A stretch of DNA of 61,599 bases, the filler included, from Choristocarpus tenellus KU-1152 (taxonomy: Eukaryota > Protista > Phaeophyceae): the NCBI GenBank assembly GCA_964200185.2. It is 11 parts of 11 records of this genome, joined end to end, with 100 filler letters (N's around TTAATTAATTAA, not from the genome) between each part and the next. Parts side by side here need not be neighbours in the genome. Positions count along the whole stretch, not along the records: positions 47,429 to 53,168 come from CAXNAD020009870.1; positions 53,269 to 58,851 come from CAXNAD020010349.1; positions 58,952 to 61,599 come from CAXNAD020025984.1; 8 more parts are not named here. One strand, written 5' to 3'. The position numbers and the translations under genes are program-made. The notes under the pieces are model-generated. The model did not search any database. It was not told the DNA's origin and worked only from the letters and a program-made list of their open reading frames with translations. The number at the start of each line of letters is the position of its first letter. The stretch's first letter is position 1. Of this stretch, positions 50,286 to 61,599 are shown one piece after another.

Positions 50286-50554
50286 GAGCCAAAGTATCTT
50301 AGAGGGTAGAGCCGCGTCCATTTGGGGGTCAAAATCCAATGTTTCAATTTTGATGTAATGTTGGTTATCGTGTTTGTTAGGGTTAGGGTTAAGTGTCAAT
50401 ATCCTTGTTCAAGATACACCTTTTCATAACGTACGTTTTTTACCTACTACAAAACATTTTGGAGTAGGGAAATGTCATAAAAAAAAACCAAGGGAAGCCA
50501 AGCCCCAAATGGACAAACTGGGCAAAACTAGTACCCTCTAAGATACTTTCACTC
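50286..50554. mobile_element. MITE family 1, copy g (contains a 9-nt telomeric insertion)
   Basis: GAGCCAAAGTATCTTAGAGGGTA ... TACCCTCTAAGATACTTTCACTC; flanks TGA and TTA. Confidence 0.92.
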
Positions 50555-52489
50555 TTAATTTTCCTCTTTTTCTTCCCCTGCCCTATTGAACAGAGTGGTA
50601 GTGAGGTGTGCAGGTACTGCTGTCGTATTATCATGGACTTGAGTGAAAATAATTAGCATAGCTGGGCCTGGAGACAAATATTTTGAATTGCATGTGATGG
50701 GTACGCACTCCAACCAAGTTAGGAACATGCAACATGCCCCTCCATTCCCAATACCTTCCTTCCTTCCTGTCCCCCAGATCAACTCTTCCGGCCCACTCAC
50801 TCCAGCGATCCTCAATTACTAAAATGTTTTCCTTTCATGATTTCTCATGTTGTATTATTCTACACAAAAAACATTCTGTCCAACCAAGCAGAACGCAGGT
50901 TAGTGTCTTTGACTGCGATTTTTGGACCCATTCGCCGCCATTCAACCAACCACTCTATGAGCGCCAAATCAATGGCATGACCCAAACCGTACCTATCTCT
51001 ATTACTGCCCACCTGCGAGGATTCATTGCAGACGATGGACGCCTCTGGCAAGTGGGTAATGCATCATCAGTTGCCACTGTGACAATGTACTGGTGTTTGG
51101 AATCACGGGTGAGACACCATCCGAATCCTGCAAGATGCAGTTTATACATACAGTTTTGCAAGAGGGAGAGAGTGTAAGGGTCTTAGCCAGCAGAGTTTTG
51201 GGGGGGGGGGGAGATGGAGGTGACATTGAGCCAACTGTAACTTCAAGGGGACTTGAAGTTGCTACTACTAATCCCCTGTTCTTGCAGATGAAAGTGGACT
51301 AACCTAAGTGGCCTGTCTATTTGGTTGAGTGTAAAAACACAAGTGCGAAGGGGAATCGTGTAAGACATATATCCTGTTGAAACTGAATTGAATGCGTCCT
51401 ACATGTAACTAAAATGTGTAGACTACGAGTGAAGAGGAATCACGGTGTTGTAAAGCACCGATGAGTAAAATGCGTAGTCTGTGTTGTGAGGAGATGTAAT
51501 TGGGCTGCAAAGCACCGATGTATTTATTCTGTTGCAGCTGAAGTCATTGATCTCTCAGTCAAGAATAATGTGATGTGAATTCAGTGTTCTTTCTTGAGAT
51601 ACTCAACGGAAGAAGTCATGCTCTATGGAGAGGCGTGTTACCTTGGCTGGCAATGGTTTAAGTAGATGGCTTTAACTCTGATTATATTTCATCCAGGTGT
51701 GCAGCTGGTACACTTATTGCAGAGTGAACTTGGTGCATTATGAGAGGGCAATGACAACCAAGAAAGAAATAATAAACAACAATTATTGTACAACTGTCAA
51801 CTATCATCTTCTGCTGATAAGCAAAAGATAGAGAGAGAAAAGAAGAACAAACAAGAGAGCAACAAAACAGAGTTTGAATCAATATGTGATGCAACTCAAG
51901 TGACGCATACTACTCCTGTGTGTAGAATGTAGAGCGACTGTTCTTTACTGCGGTGTTTCGACGGTAAATGATGTGGTGCAAATGACCTAGTAACTGTAAC
52001 GACCAGTGCATAACAGACCAATCAACAGTCAGTGTTGACTGGTGGAACTGTAGCGTATTAAGGGAAAAACAGATGAGTAGCCTATGTTTGAACAGTCTGC
52101 CAAAAGAGCCGGCATGATTTTAACCCAATAAATAGGTTGGACTGTCTGTAAGGTATATTATTTTGGGGACTTGCAAGGGGGTGCTTTGTCATCATGCCCG
52201 CCTTTGGAAGCATGAATGCTTGTGGGAGGTGGAGGTTCATCCACTGACATCTCACCAATGTTGCAGATCACCAATTTTATCGAGCGGAGGGATACGTGGT
52301 CGGCAACAATACCCCAAAGAAATGATTCTCTCACAGATGCACAGGGATTAACTTCTCCACAATGAATTGATGAAAACCTTATTCACCTTTTTGTACCAAT
52401 TAGCCGCCTACACCCCCCCCTCCCCCTTGTTGACAAAACGCACATGTATTATGAAAAGAGTCTGCCTAATTAGGTTTAGAGCTTGAGGT

Positions 52490-52760
52490 CACTTCATCTA
52501 AAACGTCCACCTTTGTAAGGCACTGGATGGCACCATAGGCTAGGAAGTCCAGTTGGGACTGTGCAGGAATAATTCTTCCCCCGATATGCACCGGTGATGA
52601 GATGTCTTAAAATATACCAGCCATCCTCCACTATTATTTCTAGTTTCCCACACTTCCACCAGATACATGTATGAAAAAGCAAGACTTGCACCAGTGAGAT
52701 AGCACAACTGTAGCAGTGAGCCAATGGAATGTATTTTCCATGCAGAGTCCCCTATTCCTT
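52490..52760 (-). pseudogene. Possible Harbinger/ISL2EU-type DDE transposase remnant
   Basis: Frameshifted pieces LTGASLAFSYMY / GGSVG / LEIIVEDG..GAYRG..PYKG loosely follow the DDE_Tnp_4 core. Confidence 0.25.
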
Positions 52761-53360
52761 TGAGCGGTTCATTGCTGCTCAGGGGTTTGATCTCATTTGG
52801 AAATGCTGTGTTGCCAAGTCTTGTCTTAGGCTATGCAATATGCGGCAGATTTGAACAACATAATTCATGTCACCACTTCACCGCTTTTAATTTAATCTGC
52901 ATATTTCCACATAATTATCAGCAAGGGGTTATTCATGGCCTTGGCATACCACCTGTGCTTTTCTCTGGCTCAGACAAAGTCAAGCTGAGCGGTAACCAAT
53001 GATGGCAAGAGATTGAGATCCTATCATAGAAGTGAGAAACTCCTTGACTGCTGCTATAAAACAAAGCTTTCTTTCAATGTTGAATAAATTAGGGAGGTAA
53101 GGAATGGATTATCATGTCGAAGGCAAACAAAGTGTAAAGTGGAACAGCATAAGGGCTTCCCACGTGGCNNNNNNNNNNNNNNNNNNNNNNNNNNNNNNNN
53201 NNNNNNNNNNNNTTAATTAATTAANNNNNNNNNNNNNNNNNNNNNNNNNNNNNNNNNNNNNNNNNNNNTGATTTTGGTCCAAATGGACACCCTGGTGTAG
53301 ACCCCCCCCCCTCCCAGATACTTTGGGTCCGATGAATGTGTGAATGTTTTTGGGACGAGT

Positions 53361-53640
53361 GGTATGTGAGTGGATACCATTGGTGGAAGTTGATTGCATT
53401 GGTATGCGAGTGGAGACCCTCAGCGGAAATAGGCCGCATTAGTTTGTGAGCGGAGACGGCTGACGGAAATTCCCCACATTGGTCTGTAAGCGGATACCAG
53501 TAATGGAAATTGGTCACACTGACTGGTACATGGTAAGCGGATAAACGTAAATTGACCGCAAGAGTGTGTGAGCGGATACCATTATTGTTGGAAATTGGCC
53601 GCATTGGTGTGTTAGTGTATACACGGAATTTGGCAACATA
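53361..53640. repeat. Diverged 40-bp tandem array, 7 units
   Basis: Exact 40-bp period at 53361, 53401, 53441 and 53481, then three indel-bearing units. Consensus GGTNTGTGAGCGGAKACC-N6-GGAAATTGGCCRCATT. Confidence 0.85.
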
Positions 53641-53849
53641 GTTTGGGTTGTAGCAAGGTGGTGTTACGACGTTGCTATGGTATGGAGGAAGTGGTGTGGC
53701 GTCAGTTTAGTTGATGAGAGGTGAAGGGGATGTGAGATCTCAAGTGTGGGTAATTGATAAATCCAGAATTCGTCAGCAAGTCAAACAAACAGAGAATACT
53801 TCTCAAAAAGGAAAAACGATCTATTTCCACTGTAACCTTACTACTAGTT

Positions 53850-54900
53850 CAGCTCGTCCATTGTTCAGCAAACAAACGCTTAATCACATTTGCTCTACAA
53901 CGTCTGTTGCGCAGCAATTTCTTGGCACTGTCCATTTGCTCCCTAACTACTATACGGTTGTCCTGCACAACACTAGGAACTATCTCCTCTACTATGATGT
54001 CCATTGTTGAGAACAGCAGTCAGGACCGTTTGTTCTGTGATAACATCCGTGGTTGTTCGGCAAACACTTCAAACAGTTCGGTCCATAGTGTCTGTTGTTG
54101 AGAACATCAATGATCGTGGGTACGTTCTCCATAAAATGTCTGTTGTTTGGATATTGCTTTTCATTAAAAACAATTACAAAAAAGTCATTTTTTTTGTGTT
54201 CTCTGCGCTTTACGATATCTGAGGTGTAAGTGACGTTTCTGGTCGATACCCGTACTGGAGGTGTGGTTCGCAAATTGTACCCAACCATTAACAAAAATAA
54301 CCAGTCAGTTTTCCACGAGGAAGTCTGATGATCACCTCCTTGAACACTCTTTCGCCTTCTTCAAAGTTCTTAATAATAAGAATACCCATAAAATATCACT
54401 TGATAGCTTCTAGTTGATGAGAATCCACCACCCCTTGTTCAGAATTGTGTTGGGCAGGTAAACTATGCTTTAAAAGGGTGGTCTTGGGTCATCAGATACT
54501 CTAATCGTACCGAGTTAGCGCAGACCCGACAAATTCTAAGAGGACTAGCCTGTGATTCATATAAATTTTGGATTATACTGGGCTGGTCCTTTGAATTGCA
54601 TGTTTAAATAATGGGTCTGTTATGTTGCCAAAGAATGTCACTGTGAAGAGATTTATGACAAGTTTTACTTCCCATACACCTTTGGGACAACTTGGGGCCA
54701 GCTTGATGTGGTTTGACTCGGCCAGCTCAGCTCCAATACTTTCGAATCAGAGCAGTTCGAGATAACATGTGGGACTGGATCATGACCCAACGTCGCCCAA
54801 ATATTTTTGAACAGGAAAGGTATCAAGCCTTGGTCTTCTTGATAAGTCCTTCAAAAAGGTTCGCATATTCAACTGTCAACTAGCTTCACTACTTGGTCCA
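53850..54900 (-). mobile_element. Highly decayed Gypsy-like RT-integrase remnant
   Basis: LWTELFEVF and YHRTNG (cf. YHPQTNG) near 54030-54095, plus weak RT-like text upstream. Confidence 0.3.
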
Positions 54901-56191
54901 CCAATAGTTTGTATTCTGTTCTCCATTATACACTTACATAGTTTGTAGTAGTCTACATTCCACACGATGCCTCAACTGGAAGAGACGGGATCTACGTCTA
55001 CCAGCAAACAAAAACCAACATTTCCCGTTCTTGTCTTGGTGAGCGAGGGCAATGATTATGCTAGTAAATTAGAACTCTAAGTCGCAATTTCTTCAGAGCA
55101 TATGCACCGCCTATCAAAGGTCAGCCAGGGGCATTCTCTTCACAAACAAGAATGAATAAGACCCAAAACACCCAAGGTTTTAAAACTAAGCTACTCTCTC
55201 AAAAGCACTGCATACAATCAATTAGTTGATAAGCAAATTTTGTGCTCCATGCACAAAGCGCATCCAATATATGAAAGTAGTTGGCAGGTCAAGCAAAAGA
55301 CCAATCAAACCAATCCTACATGCAACTTTCAAGGTTGCAGTGCATCTGTGTGCAACCTTCAAAATTAATCCCTGCCGAGGAGAGGAGGCACCTCATCACC
55401 TCTAACGCTCACAAGATGACATGCTGTTGAGTGACCCTCCTTCCATTGTGAACACACACTCTCTCACACAGGAAAAAAGTGTGTTGCAACCATACCAAGT
55501 ACCAGAAATTGCTCAAATCATTCAATTCCCACAAGAGAAAAATTCAAAAACTCTACTACCTCCATACATACACCACCACCAACATACACACAAAGCTGCT
55601 GCCCCCAATGGCACGTAGCAGTAGATCTCAATGAGAGGGGTATCTCACTACCACAAAAGAAAATGGTTCTTTGTACGGGGAAGAGGGAGCACAGGGTTGA
55701 TGCTGGAAAAAAAACAGGTCTATAGAAGGAGGGAAACTGCTCCCAGATATTCTACAAGACTTTAAAAACCAAAAATAGCGCCCATGGTCCTTAACACTAA
55801 GGCTTTTAAGCATTTTTCCTTCCCCTGTTATTGTTCACATTACTCAAAACGCATCAAGTGCTGCACCACAAAACAGCAATGGCTGCACACAACAACACAA
55901 GAACCAGGACATCTCATATCCGAATCGCCTCCCTCCTGCCTCCTACAACAACCCCAGCAACAAAGGACGAAATTGAACCTCTACAGACACACTACTGAAC
56001 CACATCCCTCAATTTGTGACCACTTCCCAGCATTAAGTCAAACGCCCGCAGCAGGGTCTCCATCCCTCCCCCTCCCACCAGCAGCACACACATCAAAACT
56101 CCAGCGGGGCAGAGAGAGGATAAGTTTTTTTTGGGGGGGTATCAGATACATCAGAGGAATGACAAGAAACTTGTTGCCAAAAACACAACTT

Positions 56192-58745
56192 CTAACACCC
56201 AGCGATGGTAGATCGGAAGTACTTTCGGAAGGCAGTGTTTCCCACTCCTCCAATACCAAATGCAGGGCCTATACGGGCTATACGGGCAGTGACAGAGGCT
56301 GCATATTCTCGGGTGATAAAGGATACCCTCTGTGCTGGAAGGTTCTTGGGGTTGTTGTACAGGTCTAGCCCGAGGAGGTGGAGAGGGGTTGACAGGAACT
56401 GGACAGCTGCTGGGCACACCATCTGGTGATGGGCAGGCGTTTTCACAGACAAGGATTAAAAAATATATTTATTAGTCGAATTATCACAGGAGTGGTAGGA
56501 GGTGTGCAGAGGGGGAAGAGCAGTCGTAACGGTTAGGGTTAGGGCACACGGTGTTTTAACCAGCTCTTGGTAAACATTTCAAGGAGTGGGCTAGGGTTTT
56601 CGGTTTGGGGGTGTGTCAGAGAATAGGGTAAAATCAGCGATTTATGTGGTGAGTCGGTGGGTACATATGCACAATACCAAGAGATGATGGGAGAGAGGGA
56701 TAACTCAAATGACAACAGCGCTTCACCCTAGTACGTAAGACATACCATTCCCAGCCACCAAGCCATACATAACCCTTGAGCCCTCTTTCGATATGGGTTT
56801 CAAGTTAGAACGCTTTGTACAAGTTTGAAGAAGTGCCCTGACTGTCGTAACATGGTTCCACGGGATGTTGTGAGGGGATATGCTTTCAAGCAGATCAGCA
56901 GAGTACTCAAGCCCCCCCCCCCCCCCCCCCCCCACAAAACAAAAACACCCAAACTTAAAAAGAAGGAAAAAAAACGGGCATGTATTTTTTTACCCCTATG
57001 GTGAANNNNNNNNNNCTTTCAAGCAGATCAGCAGAGTACTCAAGCCCCACCCCCCCTCCCTGCACGTGAATGCAAGACCTCGAAACTGTAAACTGAGATT
57101 CAAGAACGGTCCATGTATTGTACACTGCGTATGTTCAAACCTTAAATCTATACAATGTCACAATGACAATCGCATCATACAGCATTAAAAAAAAACACGA
57201 AACGAATCAGTCCCGGGTAAAGAGCAAGAGCAGCGCAACAAAAATAAATAAATATATATGTATATATATATATATTCCTCTTTTCATTACACTTTAGTGG
57301 GTTTTTATTTTTATGATTAGAAGAACAAAAAAAAAGAGCACAAAATCACACCAACGAATCGTGTTATCCGTACTCCACTCTCAACAAACACACTGGTATG
57401 CAACAGCGGAGACCTTCACTAAACAAAAGAAAAGAAAAATCCTTCGAAACTGCCATGAACCTCCCTCTGCTGAACCAAAACAAGCCCTGTAGAGTACACG
57501 CAACCCCATGGACAGCAAGCATGCCCTGCGTCGGGAATAGGCTTGCGTGCACATGACCGGCCGAGGACAGACAGAGCGTTATTCACAATGAGATGACACG
57601 CTTCTTACACCGCCTTCTCAGCGCAAAAAAATAAAATAACAAAAAATATATAAATACCATTACTAACAAGTTTTTATTATAAACAAAAAAAAATCAGGGA
57701 TGGTCTTTCCCGCAATTAAGAGACGTAAGAGACTCAGGAGGTTATTCGTGATCCACGGCGCGTGAGGTAAGGTTGGTTCATCAGGACACCCAACTTTGCA
57801 TCCGGCAACAGAAGCGGACCTTGGACTCGACCGTCGCAAGCAGTCCACAACGAAATAGAACCGTAGTCCACAAAAAAATACAAGACAAAAGAAAAAGAAT
57901 TTAACTGACGAGAACCAACTTTTTTTTCTTTTTCTTTTTTTTTGGGGGGGGGGGTGGGGGAGGAGAAGGAGGACAGAGTACCCCCTCCCAAAGAGGAGGA
58001 AGGGTGTGCGGGGGAAAGGACTCTTTGTTTCACAACATACAATTCTGCTCCATGCCCCACACAAACTGAAGGGGGGAGAAGAGGGACAGGTTCCTTAGCT
58101 TCACCCTTGACAATGGATCGAGCACATCTTGTGGCAAACACAATCTCCAGCAGGTCCCACGAAGTAACGGCACAAAACTTCCAATTTTTGCCACATCCCT
58201 TTCTGAGTACCGCATCACCTAAGCCTGTCTCTACTACACTCTCTTCCATAGACTCAGGGGGTGAAGCTCCAAAGCCTGTGAGAGCAATACCCGGAGGGTT
58301 GTATCACCCACCATATCCTGGACTTCACTGATTTCACTCAGATCCCTTACCAAAAACACCCACCGACATGGCACCAATCCCTCCCCACCTCCTAACACAA
58401 ACGAAACCCCGGAAAAAATCCTCCACCTACCAAACACAGACTCTCCAATCAACCACCCATTCGTCACATCACAATCCCTCCCCCTCCCCCTCCCTCTCCC
58501 CCCCGAAAAAAAAGAAAAGAAAAAGGAATGCCTGGTCCACCGTACGACTATACACGCACCTGAGCAGTGGTATCTGCCGTGGCCTTCCCAATGCCCCATC
58601 GCTCCTGCATGTATTCCGACACTGGAGAGGGCAAGTTGAAGGACGCTCCTACAGTTGCTGCGTCCCTCACAGTAAAGAGGAGGTACGTCGGGATAGGGAC
58701 CGGTTTTGGTGTAGTTGTGCCAAACATGCGGGTAAAAGCACGATC
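56192..58745 (-). CDS. Conserved uncharacterised protein (HLLGLDLYN family), last two exons
   Basis: Exons 58745-58560 (DRAFTRMFG..PIPTYLLFTVRDAATVGASFNLP..TTAQ) and 56422-56192 (MVCPAAVQFLSTPLHLLGLDLYNNP..ARIARIGPAFGIGGVGN.., stop) join in phase 0 via GT-AG. I recall these motifs from fungal and stramenopile hypothetical proteins; not verified by search. Confidence 0.85.
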
Positions 58746-59559
58746 CTGTTGTAGTATAGAGCAGGGGGGGGGGGGAGGGGGGGGGGGGGGGGGGGGGGAT
58801 CTTTAAGACCTTCTGTAAACACCAAATACGCAACCAACACCCCCCGCCAGANNNNNNNNNNNNNNNNNNNNNNNNNNNNNNNNNNNNNNNNNNNNTTAAT
58901 TAATTAANNNNNNNNNNNNNNNNNNNNNNNNNNNNNNNNNNNNNNNNNNNNAAGGAAGTGAAAGATGAGACTGAGGCATGCTGGGTGTATGTTCACAACC
59001 TCAATGTGTTTGATTGTGACCAGTCAGAGCAACAAACACAGTCTCGACTTTGCTGGTTTGAATCCACGGTTCATATGTCGGGGTTACCGCGTGCCAATCG
59101 TGCGTCTGACTCACACCACATCACTTGCCCTGACCTCAATCGCAAAAGGTGACGCACGTAAATGTATATGACCATGCGTATTATCCTCATCAATGTCAGA
59201 GATCCCAAAAAAGGTGAGGTGTTCTTGACAAATATAGTTGTTATTCACACTTTAATTCTAAGTTGAAGGTAGTAAGAGAAAAGCAATACACAAATATTGA
59301 GAAAATAAAGTACAAGTAATTTTGAATAGATCGGAAAAAGTCAAATACGTCGTGGTTATTGCGCCATTCGTTGCTCCTTATTATGTTACTTCTTGTTCTC
59401 TCCATAACTCTACCACAAACACTACTGGGAAATGTCAAGGGGAAAATATTATATATATATGGGACAACGTTATAGAAAGTGATAAAGGGAGAAAAAAAAA
59501 GAGAAGAAGTCAGTATCATGTGTGGAAGGTTATTTTCTTGACTGTAGTGTAGGGTAGGG

Positions 59560-60040
59560 GAAATAATCCGACCTGTGGTCATAGGCACACTACATACTGC
59601 ACTACTCCCATCACACAAGGCACTGCGACTAACTGTTGCACTATGACTATTTTAGTGTGCTGCCTTCATTAGTGCTTTTTCTTCTTGCGCTTTTGGTCCA
59701 TCCATCCCAACGCTCCATGCTCCACTACTTCCTCATACGAATCTTATGCTGGACCCGGCTCAGCAATGCTACAATCGAAGTACTTGTCGCCTCATTCTTA
59801 CTCCGACGTTGTTTTGGTGTTGTTAAAGCAAACAAAAGATGGATAGTATAGGTGCATAACCTGTAGTGCTCGCCACGTGGATTTTTTGAAGAGAACAATT
59901 TTGGCGTGGATGGGATTTGAATCCACGAAATTAATGTAGGGAGGGAAACAGGCTACAAGGATCCTTACATGGTAATGAGAATAACCGAAGGCCGTAAGGC
60001 ACAATGAGTGGGATAGGAGACCATTAACGCCGTCACTCAC
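59560..60040 (-). mobile_element. Decayed Gypsy-like RT remnant
   Basis: DSNPIHAKIVLFKKST..FNNTK resembles the SPxASPIVLVxKK..LN..T start of Gypsy RT. Confidence 0.3.
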
Positions 60041-60959
60041 CACTAGGTCCTACGATAAAAAGGGGGAAGAGAAGATTCAGTGTCACACTGGGTGCACCCA
60101 ACCTGAAACTCCACGGATCACATAAAAAGGCACAAGAAAAAAAGGAAAGGAGGGATGCCATACTAATCAACCCAAAAAGAAATAGACGCAACGAAAAACC
60201 TCAGCAGAATGTGGTTATAGTTTGCATGTGCCCTGGTCTACTTGGGCTGCCTTAGTCCCGGATTTTTTCAGAATGAGATATGTCAGGTATGACAGCTTTC
60301 CTGGAATGCTTGCCTATGAAACTATTTGACAGAGTCGTGTAGTAAACCGCACAAATATCATACTACTCACTCTTCTAAGATGTTAAATTAGGCATGGTCA
60401 TACTTAGATGCTGTATAGAGATGTTGTCATACTTACCTCTATATCAAACTTAAACATGCGCAAGTAGCACGCTTTCTCCCGACCCATGTTATGTACACAC
60501 GCATTACCGAAAAAGAGCATCAAATATTATTTTAAAAGAGCAAAAAATAATGAGGTGTTCGCACAACTTGCCAGGAGCGTCATATATGTTCTCTGTACCT
60601 GCCAGCAACTTTCATACACCACACGTACTTTCATATATATTTAATTTAACACCTTGATCATTCTTTGTGCAGGGTTACAACCATACCGTAGAATGCAAGG
60701 AGGAATGTGTACGTCATTTTGTGTTAACATTTATTTTATCATTATGCCCTCTCACATTTTGCAGATGTGTCAGGGGAAAAACCAATGAAAACTATTCACA
60801 TATCATAACTCCCCCCCAAAAAGTAACAGTCTTTGTAAATATGAAAGACATTAATCTATTAACAATACAAAAAAAAACATATCGACACTTTATCCCAGTC
60901 AATTTTGGGTCAAGCCCATCCTCAATGAAAAGCTCCATCCTCAATTTTTGAAATCGGCT

Positions 60960-61599
60960 GTTCTTGGTATCTCCAGGTTAAAACACATGGCACGTCTAAA
61001 TAGGGCTACTTGCGTTGTGACTGAGACTATCTGTTGTGGACGGGATTTGACACCTCCTTTTCTGCTGTAGCTTCCTGTCCCTCTCCCCCCTACCCCGTGC
61101 GTAGCTAGCTCATCCAGAAAATATTCCGTTTGCTTACCGAGGCGCCCAATACTTTCCACTGCGAAGGTGTTGAAGTAACTACAAGGGTCAAAAGATCCCT
61201 CATAGTGGGTGCGCATTCGAGCCTCGGCTGCAGCAGCAGCTATACCATTCATTGCTGGTGGATGAGTGTGGGGGGTGAGATGGTCCCTGCACTTCCGCAA
61301 AAGTGACATGTAGGAGGCCTTTGTCCCGGTAGGAAGCTGATTTGGCGTCCGCTAGTGCTCCAGCATGGAAGACCAGATCCATGCGGAAATTCCTGTCCAC
61401 TGTAAGTGGGCTACCATCCTCCATAGTGGAAAGGATGCCCATTCCTTTGCAAATTCGACTTAGACCCTTCAATTATTCGGTAAATCAAGGTCTCTTTCAC
61501 GTTAGCATAGTATGCCTTGATCCCTTCTTTGGGCCCTGCTGCATCCCATAACAGGGGAATCTCAAAATTGAGGAAGGTGCGGGACTATGAGGATGTTTT
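60960..61599 (-). mobile_element. CRE/R2-like non-LTR retrotransposon 3' end with restriction-like endonuclease, frameshifted
   Basis: FRMDLVF...LLHVTFA, then SFDP..FAVESIGRLG..FLDELA..QIVSV, matching the R-x-D..D-V-T and AVE-x-x-G-R-L-G pattern of REL domains. Confidence 0.82.

Noticed and set aside
53567-53580. TGTGAGCGGATA resembles the lac operator (vector contamination)
   Set aside because: Only 12 nt match, it is part of a diverged repeat unit, and no other vector sequence is nearby.
56883-57060. Direct repeat CTTTCAAGCAGATCAGCAGAGTACTCAAGCCCC on both sides of a small gap
   Set aside because: Most likely an unmerged assembly overlap at a poly-C run.
57663-58331. Overlapping 130-170-aa ORFs
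   Set aside because: They lie within the intron of the HLLGLDLYN gene, cross homopolymer runs and show no motifs.

Overview
Eukaryotic draft-assembly DNA, not one continuous locus. Ten identical 100-bp spacers (44 N + TTAATTAATTAA + 44 N) join 11 contigs, so adjacency across spacers means nothing biologically. Short exons in long introns, a stramenopile-type bZIP and TTAGGG repeats point to a stramenopile, most likely a brown alga (inference). Spliced host genes I could rebuild with consistent exon phases: a bZIP transcription factor (5 exons, 3' end not found), a complete ARF/ARL GTPase with a 108-aa insert, and fragments of VPS13, Pol III subunit RPC4, a conserved uncharacterised HLLGLDLYN protein and an unknown coiled-coil protein. 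The rest is mostly decayed transposons: Copia (solo LTR, plus an LTR with a half-tRNA primer site), Gypsy, RTE LINEs, CRE-like elements, a full-length mariner, and three related MITE families. There are three notable tandem arrays. The most unusual signal is dozens of short (TTAGGG)n tracts concentrated in introns and biased to the sense strand. Two lie inside MITE copies whose siblings lack them, consistent with telomerase-type insertion at breaks. I found no CRISPR array, rRNA, intact tRNA or RNA-guided nuclease. All family calls come from motif recognition by eye, not database searches.
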